From contig CM069160.1 of the NCBI GenBank assembly GCA_035221665.1, forward strand, positions 22,382,001 to 22,446,000: a stretch of DNA of 64,000 nucleotides, in the 5' to 3' direction. The translations under genes were made by a program, and so were the position numbers. Source of the DNA: Okamejei kenojei (taxonomy: Eukaryota). Positions 38,101 through 51,450 of the stretch are shown piece after piece. The stretch's first letter is position 1. Each line of letters begins with the position of its first letter. The notes beneath the pieces were generated by a model. That model had not been told where the DNA came from and did not search any database. It saw only the letters and a list, made by a program, of their open reading frames with translations.

Positions 38101-38424
38101 GCTCCTGGGCCTGGCCAAGATGGCCATTCGCGGGTCCAGGCAGCGGGTAGTTGACGGCCGCACCAGGGTTTACTGCCTGCCCCATTTTCGCGCCTACGTC
38201 CGTGCCTGCGTGTCCGTGGAGAGGGAACACGCGGTGTTCACGGGGACTTTGGAAGCCTTCTGTGAAAGCTGGTCGCCGCGGTGAGTTGAGTGTTTTGTTG
38301 ATAAAGTTGGCGTTATATTAATTTGGTGATCGTTTGTTTGTAAAACTCAACAAAGGCCGTCTTTGATTGTGCTAATTGGTATAATATTTTAATTTTTTGA
38401 ATAAATGTATAATTTAAAAAAAAA
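35200..38424 (+). mobile_element. Tx1/L1-clade LINE ORF2 relic with poly(A) end
   Basis: DAWQNFHP..SRIDHLY, SDH, KSPGLDG, WRRAVIVLLPKKGDLRLLKNW, LDQEKAFDRVDH, GVRQECPMSG, HLFMQC. AATAAA then A-run at 38400-38424. Confidence 0.85.
36706..37079 (-). mobile_element. Tandem (direct) double-pLTR Penelope insertion inside the Tx1 relic
   Basis: Two direct pLTR copies (hammerhead GUC sites at 37056-58 and 36769-71) enclosing the start of a putative PLE ORF (MPTLKKFSSSLRRQFHNLLSNCSPSV...). TSD tcccactgaggggg at 36692-36705 and 37080-37093. Confidence 0.8.
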
Positions 38425-38541
38425 CAGTTGGCGCGATCGAGGTCGATCCCCAGCAAGAGGCTGTCAGATCCACAATGTCTACGTCGTGGAAAGAGATAAC
38501 AAAACGTTATTCCAACCCCCCCCCCATATAATACAAAACTA

Positions 38542-40117
38542 CAGTGGCTTGCAAAAGTATTCATACCCCTTGAACTTTTCCACATTGTGTCACGTTACAA
38601 CCACAGACGTAAATGTATTTTATTGGGATTTTATGTGATAGACCAACACAAAGTGGCACATAATTGTGAAGTGGAAGGAAAATGATACATGTTTTTCAAA
38701 TTTTTTTACAAATAAAAAACTGAAAAGTGGCCTTTCCTCTGATACCTCTAAATAAACTCCAGTGGAACCAATTGCCTTCAGAAGTCACCTAGTTAGTAAA
38801 TAGAGTCCACTTGTGTGTAATCTAATCTCAGTATAAATACAGCTGTTCTGTGAAGGCCTCAGAGGTCTGTTAGATAACATTAGTGAACAAACAGCATCAT
38901 GAAGCCCAAGGAACACACCAGACAGGTCAGGGATAAAGTTGTGGAGAGGTTTAAAGCAGGGTTGGGTTATAAAAAAATATCCCAAGCTTTGAACATCTCA
39001 CGGAGCACTGTTCAATCCATCATTTGAAAATGGAAAGAGTATGGCACAACTGCAAATCTACCAAGACATGGCCGTCCACCTAAACTAACAGGCCGGGCAT
39101 GAGAGCATTGATCAGAGAAGCAGCCATGGTAACTCTGGAGGAGCTGCAGAGATCCACAGATCAGGTGGGAGAATCTGTCCACAGGACAACTATTAGTCGT
39201 GCACTCCACAAATCGGGCCTTTATGGAAGAGTGGCAAGAAGAAAGCCATTGTTGAAACAAAACCATAAGAAGTCCAGTTTGACAAAAGCCATGTGGGGGA
39301 CACAGCAAACATGTGGAGGAAGGTGCTCTGGTCTGATGAGACCAAAATTGAAGTTTTTGGCCTAAATGCAAAACGCTATGTGTGGCGGAAAACTAACACT
39401 GCACATCACCCTGAACACACCATTCCCACTGAAACGTGGTGGTGGCAGCATCATGCTGTGGGGATGCTTTTCTTCAGCAGGGACAGGGAAGCTGGTCAGA
39501 GTTGATGGGAAGATAGATGGAGCCAAATACAGGGCAATCTTGGAAGAAAACCTGTTAGAGTCTGCAAAAGACTTGAGACTGGGGCGGAGGTTCACCTTCC
39601 AGCAGTACAACAACCCTAAACATACAGCCAGAGCTACAATGGAATGGTTTAGATCAAAGCATGTTCATTGTTAGAATGGCCCAGTCAAAGTCCAGACATA
39701 AATCCAATTGAGAATCTCTGGCAAGACTTGAAAATTGCTATTCACAGACGCTCTCCATCCAATCTGACTGAGCTTGGGCTATTTTGCAAAGAAGAATGGG
39801 CAAAAATTTCAGTCTCTAGATGTGCAAAGCTGGTAGAGACATACCCCAAAAGACTTGCAGCTGTAATTGCAGCGAAAGGTGGTTCTACAAAGTATTGATT
39901 CAGGGGAGCTGAATACCTTTGCACGCCACACTTTTCAGTTTTTTTATTTGTAATAAAATTAGGAAACCTTGTATCATTTTCCTTCCACTTCACAATTATG
40001 CACCACTTTGTGTTGGTCTATCACATAAAATCCCAATAAAATACATTTACGTTTGTGGTTGTAACATGACAATATGTGGAAAAGTTCAAGGGGTATGAAT
40101 ACTTTTGCAAGCCACTG
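38542..40117 (+). mobile_element. Tc1 IR/DR transposon copy 3 in RBM4 intron 2; transposase 38899-39898 frameshifted
   Basis: TA duplications at 38540-41 and 40118-19, same TIRs as copy 1, and WSDET / QQYNNPKH / SPDINPIEN pieces in several frames. Confidence 0.96.
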
Positions 40118-41305
40118 TAAAGGTACACTAAAACATACATTTAACAACAGACTAAAAACAACATAGAAGAAAACGAAGAGACAGACTGTTGGTAGATTCT
40201 TTAAGCCAATTGGCACCCACATGGTCTCTGTGTTGGGCTCCCACATGATCTCCATATTGGATAGCATATTTACATGTGCACAGTAACACAGTGTTTCCAA
40301 TTAACATAACATGTGATTTGCACAGGGACCGCGGGGCATAACCCTTCAATAAAATTCAGGGAGCAGCTGTATTTAATTATTTTCATTAACCTTCCCTATG
40401 TTTCTTTATCATTTTTTCTGTTAACGGATCATGTATATGAACACTTGAAAATTTTGTAAAGTTTAGGTAACTGGTTGTAATTATGCTCTGGTCATGCCCA
40501 TGGACACTTGGAGAGGTTCTGCCTCCTTAAGATGCCTGTGGAAAACGTAATAGTTTCATCGTAATGAAATAACTAAGATCCAGAAGAATGGGGGTCTCTT
40601 GTGTCGCTAGAGTCCGAGAGTCAACCATGCCTGCTTTATTCTAGTTTACTGAATTGAAAACATTTCATCATGTACCCAAGTGCGATTGGAATGTGCTTTT
40701 GCTTGTCAGAATAGGAAATGGTGCTGCGAAGGAGTGCTGCACTTCCCATTTCAAGTCATTATGAGTGCCAAAGAGCACATGTGAGTAAGTAATGTGAATT
40801 TGCGCAGGAATAAAATGTCTGCCCACTAATGATTCCAAATGAACGGGTTTGACCTGGCACTTTAGAAAGGATACTTTGATGCACGGATGTGGAAATGAAC
40901 AGGCATTTCTCTAGTGGGTGCCTAACCCATACTAATTTTTGTGGCATTGTTCCACACCAGATATATGGCCATCAGAATAATGGTTACGGCTTCTTGAAAT
41001 CAGATTGCAATCATTGAAGAATTAGCATCAGTTGTGAGACCCTCTTGCAAAATGCATGAAGTGTGAGGCACATGTGCATTGTTGCGTCTGGTTGGTTTTT
41101 TGTTTTTTTTTTTGCATTTGTGCTCTTTTCCTTAAAGTTAGCCATAAAAGCCAAGAAAGATGTCTCACAAATATTGCCAGAATTGAGAAGAATTTGGGAT
41201 TCAAATCCAGGATGACCATGTTATAACCATATAACCATATAACAATTACAGCACGGAAACAGGCCCTCTCGGCCCTTCCAGTCCGTGCCGACCATTTGTT
41301 TTCCC

Positions 41306-44165
41306 CTAGTCCCATCTACCTGCACTCAGACCATACCCCTCCATTCCCTTCATGTCCATATACCTATCCACTTTACTCTTAAATGTTAAAATCGATCCTG
41401 CCTCCACCACTTCTGCTGGAAGCTGATTCCACACAGCCACCACCCTCTGAGTAAAGAAGTTCCCCCTCACGTTACCCCAAAACTTCTGTCCCTTAATTCT
41501 CATGTCATGCCCTCTTGTTTGAATCTTCCCTACCCTCAATGGGAAAAACGTATCCACGTCAACTCTGTCTATCCCTTTCATCATTTTAAAGACCTCAATC
41601 AAGTCCCCCCTTAACCTTCTGCGCTCCAAAGAATAAAGACCTAACTTGTTCAACCTTTCTCTGTAACATAGTTGCTGGAACTCTGGCAACATTCTAGTAA
41701 ATCTCCTCTGTACTCTCTCTATTTTGTTGACATCCTTCCTATAACTAGGCGACCAAAATTGTACACCATACTCCAGAATTGGTCTACCAATGCCTTGTAC
41801 AATTTTAACATTACTTCCCTACTCCTATATTCAATGCTCTGATTTATAAAGGCCAGCACACCAAAGGCTTTCTTTACCACCCTATCTACATGCGATTCCA
41901 CCTTCAGGGAACTATGCACAGTTATTCCTAGATCCCTCTGTTCCACAGCATTCCTCAATTCCCTACCATTTACCATGTTCTTCCTATTTTGATTTGTCCT
42001 GCCAAGATGTAGCACTTCACACTTAACAACATTAAACTCCATCTGCCATCTTTCAGCCCACTTTTCCAAATGGCCCAAATCTCTCTGTAGACTTTGAAAG
42101 TCTACTTCATTATCCACAACACCACCTATCTTAGTATCATCTGCATACTTACTTATCCAATTTTCCACCCCATCATCCAGATCATTGATGTACATGACAA
42201 ACAACAGTGGACCCAACACAGATCCCTGAGGCACCCCACTGGTCACCGGCTTCCAACCTGACAAACAGCCATCCACCATTACTCTCTGACATCTCCCATT
42301 CAGCCACAGTTGAATCCATCTTGCTACTCCGCCATTAACACCCAAAGATTGAACCTTCTTAACCAACCTTCCATGGGGAACCTTGTCAAAGGCCTTACTG
42401 AAATCCGCTTCAAAAAATTCAAGAAGGTTTGTCAAACATGACCTTCCAGGCACAAATCCATGTTGACTGTTCCTGATCAGACCCTGTTTATCCAGATGCT
42501 TATATATATTATCTCTAAGTATCCTTTCCATTAATTTGCCCACCACTGACGTCAAACTAATAGGTCTATAATTGCTAGGTTTATTCTTTGAACCCTTTTT
42601 AAACAATGGAACAACATGCGCGGTACGCCAATCCTCCGGCACTATTCCCGTTTCTAATGACATTTGAAATATTTCTGTCATAGCTCCTGCTATTTCTACA
42701 CTAACTTCCCTCAATGTCCTAGGGAATATCCTGTCAGGACCTGGAGACTTATCCACTTTTATATTTTTCAAAAGTGTCAGCACTTCCTCCTCTTTGAATT
42801 TCATAGTTTCCATAGCTACTCTACTTTTTGCCCTTAACTCACAGAGTTCAATATCCTTCTCCTTGGTGAATACCGAAGAAAATAAATTGTTCAATATCTC
42901 CCCCATCTCTTTTGGCTCTTTAGATACCATGGTTCTCTAATGGTCCAATTTTATCCCTCGTTATCCTTTTGCTATTAGTATAGCTGTAGAAACCCTTTGG
43001 GTTTACTTTCACCTTTCTTGCCAAAGCAACCTCATATCTTCTTTTAGCCTTCCTAATTTCTTTCTTAAGATTCTTTTTACATTCTTTGTACTCGTCTAGC
43101 ACCTCATTTACTCCATGCCTCCTATAATTATTGTAGATATCTCTCTTTTTTCGAAACAAGTGTCCAATTTCCCTTGAAAACCATGGCTCTTTCCAATTTT
43201 TACTATTTCCTTTCAACCTAACAGGGACATAAAGATTCTGTACTCTTACAATTTCCCCTTTAAATGTCCTCCATTTCTCTTCTACATCCTTCCCATGAAA
43301 CAATGTGTCCCAATTCACTCCTTTAAAATCCTTATGCATTCCCTCAAAGTTAGCCTTTCTCCAATCAAAAATCTCCACCCTAGGTCCAGTTCTGACTCTC
43401 TCCATAATTATATTGAAACTAATGGTATTGTGATCACTGGTGCCGAAGTGCTCACCAACGCATACCTCCGCATATCTCCGTCACCTGACCTGCCTCATTT
43501 CCTAACAGGAGGTCCAGCACTGCCCCTTCTCTGGTCGATACCTCTATGTACTGCTGCAATAAACTATCCTGCACACATTTTACAAACTCCAAACCATCCA
43601 GCCCATTTACAGAATGTGTTTCCCAGTCTATTTTTGGAGAATTGAAATCTCCCACAATCACTACCTTGTGCTTACTACTAATATCTGCTATCTCCTTACA
43701 CATTTGCTCTTCCAATTCTCGCTCCCCATTTGGCGGTCTATAATACACCCCTAAAAGTGTTGCTACACTATTCCCACTTCTCAGTTCCACGCAAATAGCC
43801 TCCCTAGACGAGCGCTCTAATCTATCCTGCCAAAGCACTGCTGTAATATCTTCTCTGACAAGCAATGCAACACCTCCCCCTCTGGTCCCTCCAATTCTAT
43901 CACACCCGAAGCAACGAAATCCTGGAATATTTAGTTTCCAATCACAGCCCTCCTGCAACCATGTTTCACTGATTGCCACAACATCATATTTCCAGGTGTC
44001 AATCCAGGCTCCAAGTTCATCCACCTTACTTACAATGCTCCTAGCATTAAAATATACACATTTTAGAAACCCACCATCCCTTATTCTCTGTCTATTATCT
44101 TTTTCATCTTTCTCGCCTACATTTTGGATTCCGAGTGCTTCCCTTCTCTGCCTCTTGCCCCACAC
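41306..44165 (-). pseudogene. CR1 ORF2 (APE endonuclease plus reverse transcriptase), disrupted
   Basis: NARSI, AISETWL, YYRPPN, GDFN, KSPGPD, NYRPISLTS, QHGF, DFSKAFDKVPH, GVPQGSVLGP, KYADDTK. Confidence 0.93.
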
Positions 44166-44210
44166 CCTGACCCCTAGCCCCCTCTACCCGAGTCCCTCCC
44201 CCCAGCCTTT

Positions 44211-45141
44211 CTAGTTTAAAGTCTCCCCAGTAGCATTTGCAAATCTCCCTGCCAGGATATTGGTCCCCCTCGGGTTCAAGTGCAACCCGTCCTTTGTGTA
44301 CAGATCATGCCTTCCCCAAAAGAGGTCCCAGTGATCAAGAAACTTGAATCCCTGCCCATTGCACCAGTCCCTCAGCCACGCAATTATCCTCCACCTCATT
44401 TCATTCCTACTATCACTGTCACGTGGCACAGGCAGTAATCCTGAAATCGTTACCCTTTTGGTCCTTCTCCTTAACTTTCCCCCCGACTCCCTAAATTCTC
44501 CCTTCAGGACCTCGTCACTTTTTCTGCCTATGTCATTGGTACCTATGTGTACCACAACATCAGGCTCCTCTCCCTCCCTTATCAGAATCTTTTGGACACG
44601 TTCTGACACATGCGAGACCCTGGCACCAGGGAGGCAAACTATCATCCGGGTCTACCGACTGCGTCCACAGAATCGCCTATCCGACCCCCTAACTATAGAG
44701 TCCCCTATTACAATTGCCCTCCTCTTTTTGCAACCCTTTTGAGCATCAGGGCCGGTCTCTGTGCCGGAGGCCCGGCCGCTGTTGCTGCCCCCAGCTAGGC
44801 TGTCCCCTCCAATCGTACTCAAACCCGAGTACCTATTTTCCAGGTGTACGGTCACGGGTACTCTCTAGCCCCTGCCTCTGCCCCTTGCCCTTCCTAACCG
44901 TGACCCACTTGTCTGCCTCCTGTGGTTTGGGAGTGACTACCTCCCTGTAGCTCCTCTCTATTACCTCCTCACTCTCCCTGACCAGATGGAGGTCATCGAG
45001 CTGCTGCTCCAGGTTCCTAACACAGTCCTTTAGGAGCCCCATCTCGACACACCTGGCGCAGATGTGGACGTCTGGAGGGCTATCAGATTCCCTGACCTCC
45101 CACATCTGACATCCAGAACAGTACACTGCCCTGGCCTTCAT
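44211..45141 (-). pseudogene. CR1 ORF1: N-terminal zinc finger/coiled coil plus SGNH-type esterase, frameshifted
   Basis: CSGC...HICARC, then AIVIGDSIVR, CLPGA, HIGTND, DGLHLN (SGNH blocks I, II, III, V) split over ORFs 44833-45141, 44652-44855 and 44211-44645. Confidence 0.85.
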
Positions 45142-45345
45142 ACTCCCCCCTTACACAGGATACAATATCAACACAATACAAAGTACACAACAAACTGCTG
45201 GAATCTGACTGCCAATCGGCTGCTTACCCTAGTCCACTTCCCACCAATCAGCTGCTTACCCTAGTCCACTTCCCACCAATCAGAGGCTTCCTAAAAAAAA
45301 CCCACTTCTCCAAATGGAATGTTATGGATTTCGGTTGATTTTTAA

Positions 45346-45581
45346 CGGTCGGGTGTCGCTCCTCCCCCTCCTTCTCTTCCAACGGCTCCTGTGGGCTTCT
45401 GAAAAAACAAGCCCCGCGCTGGATTTTAAACCTTACCGGTCGGGTGTCGCTCCTCCCCCTCCTTCTCTTCCAACGGCTCCTGTGGGCCTCTGAAAAAACA
45501 AGCCCCGCGCTGGATTTTAAACCTTACCGGTCGGGTGTCGCTCCTCCCCCTCCTTCTCTTCCAACGGCTCCTGTGGGCCTC
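45346..45581 (-). repeat. 91-bp tandem monomers (about 2.6 copies) at the CR1 5' end
   Basis: Units start at 45346, 45437 and 45528 (cggtcgggtgtcgctcctccccctcc...). A 32-bp CCAAT-containing duplication lies at 45212-45283. Confidence 0.9.
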
Positions 45582-45782
45582 ACCAAGCAGAAAGGGATGA
45601 GAAGAGTCCCCTGGATTCCTGCGGTAATTTTGCCTGGGTCCATCAAAAAATAAACTGTCGGAAGAACTCTGCGTGTTAGGCAGCACCAGGAAACAAAATT
45701 GCTCCGCAACTTTTTCCCGTCTTCCAACAGCTTCAACTATGCACGTGTGTACAAAATGCACACCCATGTACTAATTAAATGT

Positions 45783-45984
45783 TTAAGAAGGAACTGCAGA
45801 TGCTGGAAAATTGAAGGTAGACAAAAATGCTGGAGAAACTCAGTGGGTGCAGCAGCATCTATGGAGCGAAGGAAATTGGCAACGTTTCGGGCCGAAACCT
45901 TTCTTCAGCCTGAAACGTTGCCAATTTCCTTTGCTCCATAGATGCTGCTGCACTCGCTGAGTTTCTCCAGCATTTTTATCTACC
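45783..45984. mobile_element. Palindromic Penelope pLTR insertion
   Basis: Inverted arms flanked by tactaattaaatgt at 45769-45782 and 45985-45998. Confidence 0.85.
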
Positions 45985-47668
45985 TACTAATTAAATGTGC
46001 CCTGTTTTTTGTGTGGACAATGAGCTCCAGCTCATACTAACATCTGGGTGAAGATATTTTTTTCTCATGTCAATTTCTTCTGATTTTAAATCTGTGTCCC
46101 AAAATGGATTTTGAGTAATGGTTTCTACTTATTTCCTTTATCCGCATTCCACATAACTTTATGTATTCAAAGTCGATATCTGCCCACTCTGCTCCGTCCT
46201 AACAATAAAAAAAACACATCCTTCATACCATTCATCGATAGACACAAAATGCTGGAGTAAATCAGCATGGCAGGCAGCCTCTCCAGAGAGAAGTTTCGGG
46301 TTGAGACCTTTCTTCAGACTCTTTACCATTCTTTTAGCTAAAATATCCAGCGCAAGCAAAGTCTTAGTAAATCTTAGTAGGTCATTTGTGGAAAGAGACA
46401 AACTTTCATTTTGGAAAGCCAATGTCAGAAACTCTGATAAAGTGTCTCAGAAAAGAAAAAATCTGTTTTGTTCCACAGTTGCTGTCTGGCAAACTGACTG
46501 TTTCTACCACTGTTTACATTTAAAATTCCAGTATCTGCCGTTTTCAAGATTTTCCATTCTTTTAAATTTGCATTGTACAGTCTTGAAACAATTGTATCTC
46601 ATCATGTTGTGCCCAGCTGTGCTATAATAATGGTGCACATATTTCCAACCCCAAAGCTTCCTGCCACTGCATGTCATAGCATGGCTAAATAGAGGAAAGC
46701 ATCTGGTGTGCCCTTTTAACCACCGTTATTTACCCTGCCCTACAACTTTTTAAAGATCTGTGGACATGCACACACCAATATCCATTTATCTCTGATTCAG
46801 TAATTGTATATCCCCTTGGAAATCAAAGGTTTTCATTTTCTCAAATCTGGGTCACCATTACCTCCTTTAGTGAGACTCTTAATTTGGTGAATGTTGTTTA
46901 GTCTGATAACAGTATCTCACATGGGCCGAATTGTAATTCATCTGCAATGTCCGTGTTGAGGCTAAAATTGAAAGTAGAACAATTACCATGCATTTTAAAA
47001 TAAAACCTTTGTGAAACAATTACATCTGTTATATTTATAAATCCTTGTGTTTCACTGCCTCTTGAACTAGAGCATTGTCCTTGATCTCAATTGATGCTTC
47101 ATGTTATGTTTGTGTCTTTGTTTTTATTCTAATATAAGGGTCTTTTATTGCCCCAGTATTATAACTTTCTGTTGTTTGTAAGCTGTGTGTAGTTTGCCAA
47201 TATTATTGTGTCAGCGCTATCTCCAAGTCATTATTTGTGTTTGAATTTTTCTTTTGTGATTAGAGTTACAAAATCTTGCATTTGTGCATTGTTTTCACCC
47301 TATTAACAGCTCTTCAAGATCAAGTGGAAGTACTATCCAAATCTTTCTTAACCCGAGCTCAACCCTATGCTCAAGTTGATGATATTTCTGATTCTTTGGA
47401 TGGTAATAATTTTGGGGTTCCTTGGCACAATAAGGAATTGTTCATGCATTTGGAAGCCTTTGCCCCAAAGACCCTGGGGATCATTGCCTGAGGATGGTCT
47501 TGATATGGTCCTGATTCATAAATAGAGCTATTGATTTTAGAAGGACTGTCATTCAGATGTTTCTCATGACTTCAGGATATCCCAATATACCCTGCAAGCA
47601 ATTTGAAGAGTATTGTAGGAAGTGGGGAGCAAATTTCCACACAGTAAACTTGAAAAGCAGTAGTGGTA

Positions 47669-48650
47669 TAATAGACAATAGGTGCAGGAGTAGGCTCTCC
47701 GGCCCTTCGAGCCAGCACCGCCATTCATTGTGACCATGGCTGATCATCCACAGTCAGTACCCTGTTCCTACCTTCTCCCCATATCCCCTGACTCTGTTAT
47801 CTTTAAGAGCCCTATCAAGCTCTCTCTTTAAAGTATCCAGAGAACCGGCCTCCACCGCCCTCTGAGGCAAAAAATTCCACAGACGCGCCACTCTGTGTGA
47901 AAAAATGTTTCCTCGTCTATGTTCTAAATGCCTTGCCCCTTATTCTGAAACTGTGGCCCCTGGTTCTGGACTCCCCCAACATCGGGAACATGTTTCCTGC
48001 CTCAAGTGTGTCCAAACCGTTAATCTTATGTTCAATATCTCCTCTCATCCTTCTAAATTCCAGAGTATACAAGCCCAGCAGCTCCATTCTCGCAGCATAT
48101 GACATTTCCACCATCCCAGGAGTTAACCTTGTGAACCTACGCTGCACACCCTCAGTAGCAAGAATTTGATGAAGATTTGTATGAAGATTGACTAATCTGG
48201 CCAAGATTTACAGAAGGAAGCCTAGGTGCATCATCCTCAACCCGAAATTTCACCCATTCCTTCTCTCCAGAGATGCTGCCTGTCCCGCTGAGTTATTCCC
48301 GCATGTTGTGTCGATCTTCAGTGTAAACCGGCATATGCAGTTCCTTTCTGACTTTTTTTAATTTTGCCTTTAACACGGGGTCAGAGCCGTACATCTGGCT
48401 AGGTTAGGAATAGGTGCAGGAGTAGGCTCTTCGGCCCTTCGAGCCAGCATCGCCATTCATTGTGACCATGGCTGATCATCCACAATCAGTACCCCGTTCC
48501 TGCCTTCTCCCCATATCCCCTGACTCCGCTATCTTTAAGAGCCCTATCAAGCTCTCTCTTTAAAGTATCCAGAGAACCGGCCTCCACCACCCTCTGAGGC
48601 AGAGAATTTCACAGACTCACCACTCTCTGTGTGAAAAAATGTTTCCTCAT
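47669..48650 (-). mobile_element. Two similar CR1 3' ends (about 47669-48165 and 48408-48650) separated by a degenerate pLTR
   Basis: Repeated aataggtgcaggagtaggctct..cggcccttcgagccagc CR1 3' UTR. Confidence 0.85.
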
Positions 48651-48654
48651 CTGC

Positions 48655-49610
48655 AGATGCTACCCAAACAAAATATGAGGTGCTGTTCCTCCAATTTGCG
48701 CTGCGCCTCACTCTGACGATGGAAGAGGCCCAGGTCAGATTGGGAATGGGAGGGGAAGTTAAAGTGCTAAGCAACCAGATCAGGTAGGTTAAGGCTGATT
48801 GAGCGGAGGTGTTCAGCGAAATGATTGCCGAGTCTGCATTTGGTCTTGCCGATGTACAGACGTTGACGCCAGGAACAGTGGATACAGTAGATGAGGTTGG
48901 AGGAGGTGCAAGTGAACCTCTGCCTCACATGAAAAGGACTGTCTGGGTCCTTGGATGGGGTCAACGCGGGAGGTAAAGGGCCACGTGTTGCATCTCCTGC
49001 GGTTGCAGGGCAAAGTACCTGGGGAGGGGGTGGTTGGGGTGGGAAGGGACGAGTTGAGAGAGTTGCAGAGTGTACAGTCTCTGCTGAAAACAGAAAGGGG
49101 TGAAGATGGGGAGATGTGGCCAGTAGTTGGATTCCGTTGGAGTTGTTGAAAGTGTTGGAGGATTATAGGCTGTACGCGACGGCTGATGGGGTGGAAGGTG
49201 AGGACAAGGGGGACTCTGCCCTTGTTGCGAATTGGGGGGGGGGGGGGGAAAGCAAGAGCCAAGCTATGGGATCCTCGATATCCCAATCTGACCTTTCTGT
49301 ACTGGGCCTCCTTCATTGTCTTGAGTGAGGCCCAGCGCAAATTGGCGGAGCAGCACCTCATATTTCGCATGAGTAGCTTACACCCCAGCGGTATGAACAT
49401 TGACTTCTCTAACTTCAAACAGTCCTTGCTCTCCATCCCCTCCCGCTTTCCAGTTCTCCAACCAGTCTTAATGTCGCCGATTACATTCTATCTCTGTCCC
49501 GGCCACTCCCCTGACATCAGTCTGAAGAAGGGTCTCGACCCGAAACATCACCCATTCCTTCAGACAGTTGCTGCCTGTCCTGCTGAGTTACTCCAGCATT
49601 TTGTCTATAT
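48655..49610. mobile_element. Penelope-like GIY-YIG fragment (minus, 48655-49235) and inverted 3' copy with pLTR (plus, 49278-49610)
   Basis: NKGRVPLVLTFHP...CNRRRCNT...FTCTSSNLIYCIHC..LYIGKT...FAEH on minus. Hammerhead-like core ctgaaga-a-gggtctcgaccc-gaaa-ca-tc at 49522-49549. Confidence 0.87.
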
Positions 49611-51450
49611 CGGGTGACGGATAAGCCTGGAGTCACCTCCCTGTTAACTGTTTCATTGTCCTCAATTCATGACTGAATGTGGATGATAGTGGACCTTTGG
49701 ACTGATCTCTTGATCTTCTGAGATTACTTTGATGTATTTTTGAGATGAGGAAAATAAAGGTTGTTGATAGCAGGGAATTAATTGGTCTGGGGATATCTGG
49801 GGGGTTTTTCAGCGGATAAACCCTCTGATGTACATTATGAGGTGGCCATGTAGTAGGTAAACTTAGTGGATTGGCAGTGGAACAGAGAACATTCTGAAGC
49901 TAGACGTTGATGTTGGGTGAGGGAAATGGCCTGGTATATTCTCTCCTAATGTAACCCTTCCAATTTCATCCACCATGCATGCTCAGTGTTCAAATTATAT
50001 TTGGGTGTAGATCCTATTTGGAACAATAGAGGCCAGAATTCTGTTTGCTGATGCTTTCGTATCTAAATCGATATGCTATATTTAAAAAAAAAATCTAGTT
50101 TCTATGTTTGATGGACGACTGGAATAGGATCAGATGTGCCACCCGGATATTGCTAGAACAGTTCATATAGCGGCTTGCATCTCTCTACAACCACCTTAAA
50201 ACATTCACCATCTGTGCTCTGTCATATTGTTTGCTGTATTCATCTTCCTTGCCGAATCACTTGTTTTTGTGGGGAATACTATTGAGTACATGGGTTTTGT
50301 ACCATTAATTTGGGTTGCCTATGTGGGTTGAGCAATATGATTAGTGTTAGAACTATGAGCAACCTAACTCTTCCTTAGTTCTATTGCCAATATTACCAGT
50401 GGTTCTCCTGGAAGGTTTTATTTAGTTCATGACACACAGGCTACCGCTATTTGTTCAACGTTGAGTTTATGAAGTCATGTAGCTCAGAAATGGGACCTTT
50501 GACCCACTGAGTCCATGGCAACCATCAACCACCCAGTTACAGTAATCCTAGATTAATGACTATTTTTACTATTGCTCACCTACTCTCTATGGGTAATTTA
50601 CTGTAGCCAATCTACCTACCAACCATTCTTGGGGATGTGGGTGGAAGCCTGAGAAATCCGAGAAAACCCAGGCAGACACAAGGAGAATGCATCTTCCCCC
50701 ACCAACAGCATCTGAAGTTGGGATTCAACCTGCTTTTGTAGCATTAGGAGGCGGCAGCTCCACGAACTGTGCCACAGCTACCTCTAATTCATATTAAATA
50801 GCCAAAATGCTGTGAAATTGATTAAAACTGCCAACAATATTCTATTGGGTTACCTTCTAATCCACAATAATTATTTAAAGAACAATGAAGCTAGGGCAGA
50901 ACGTTTCCTTACTTGGTAATAAACTTTATTGTGGTTAACAAAAAAACAGTGAGCTACATTAAATCCAACTAACACTCTATAATTGCATTACTGAAACTGA
51001 TTTCATATTCTGTTTCTTTTGTGACAAGCATTGGGTTACTTTTTATTTGTGCATGACTGTTTTGCAAAAAGTTAACTCGGCACCCATTGTTCATTGACAA
51101 CTGAATTGTATTTGGATCAAATATTCCAACGTTTTATTTCCCAATGAGCAAGTGTATGTTTTTCACACATTAATTATGATTTTTGCATTCCATCGCTCGG
51201 AGCTATCAAGCCAGTAATCTTGTGTAACAGCTGTGGCTTAAAAAAAAGCAAAGTCATCACTGCTCAAGAAATGAGCTTTGCACTTCCAGGCCTGGTTCAG
51301 ATATACAGTGAATATGTGCTGTGTTAGTTAATGTGATGTCTTTATATTGTTTGACAAGCGAAGCAAAGATCCTTATTGATGCTGATGTGTCAGCCAGTGC
51401 ATCTGGTTATTGTTCTTCATACTGATATTGTATTGCATCTCCTTTTAAAG

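Larger units (their letters stand above)
41222..45581 (-). mobile_element. Near full-length CR1 LINE (5' UTR monomers, ORF1, ORF2, 3' tail), antisense in RBM4 intron 2
   Basis: ORF1 pieces 44211-45141, ORF2 pieces 41306-44165, (ataaccat)n tail at 41222-41243, and tandem 5' repeats. Confidence 0.93.

Noticed and set aside
45346-45581. Regularly spaced repeats as a CRISPR-like array
   Set aside because: Contiguous 91-bp tandem units with no unique spacers, in a eukaryotic LINE 5' UTR, and no cas genes. The dispersed pLTR repeats are likewise irregularly spaced.
51333-51385. Possible intronic C/D snoRNA about 65 nt upstream of the exon-3 acceptor (gtgatgt ... ctga)
   Set aside because: Box C is imperfect, the span is only about 53 nt, there is no terminal stem and no recognisable rRNA complementarity.
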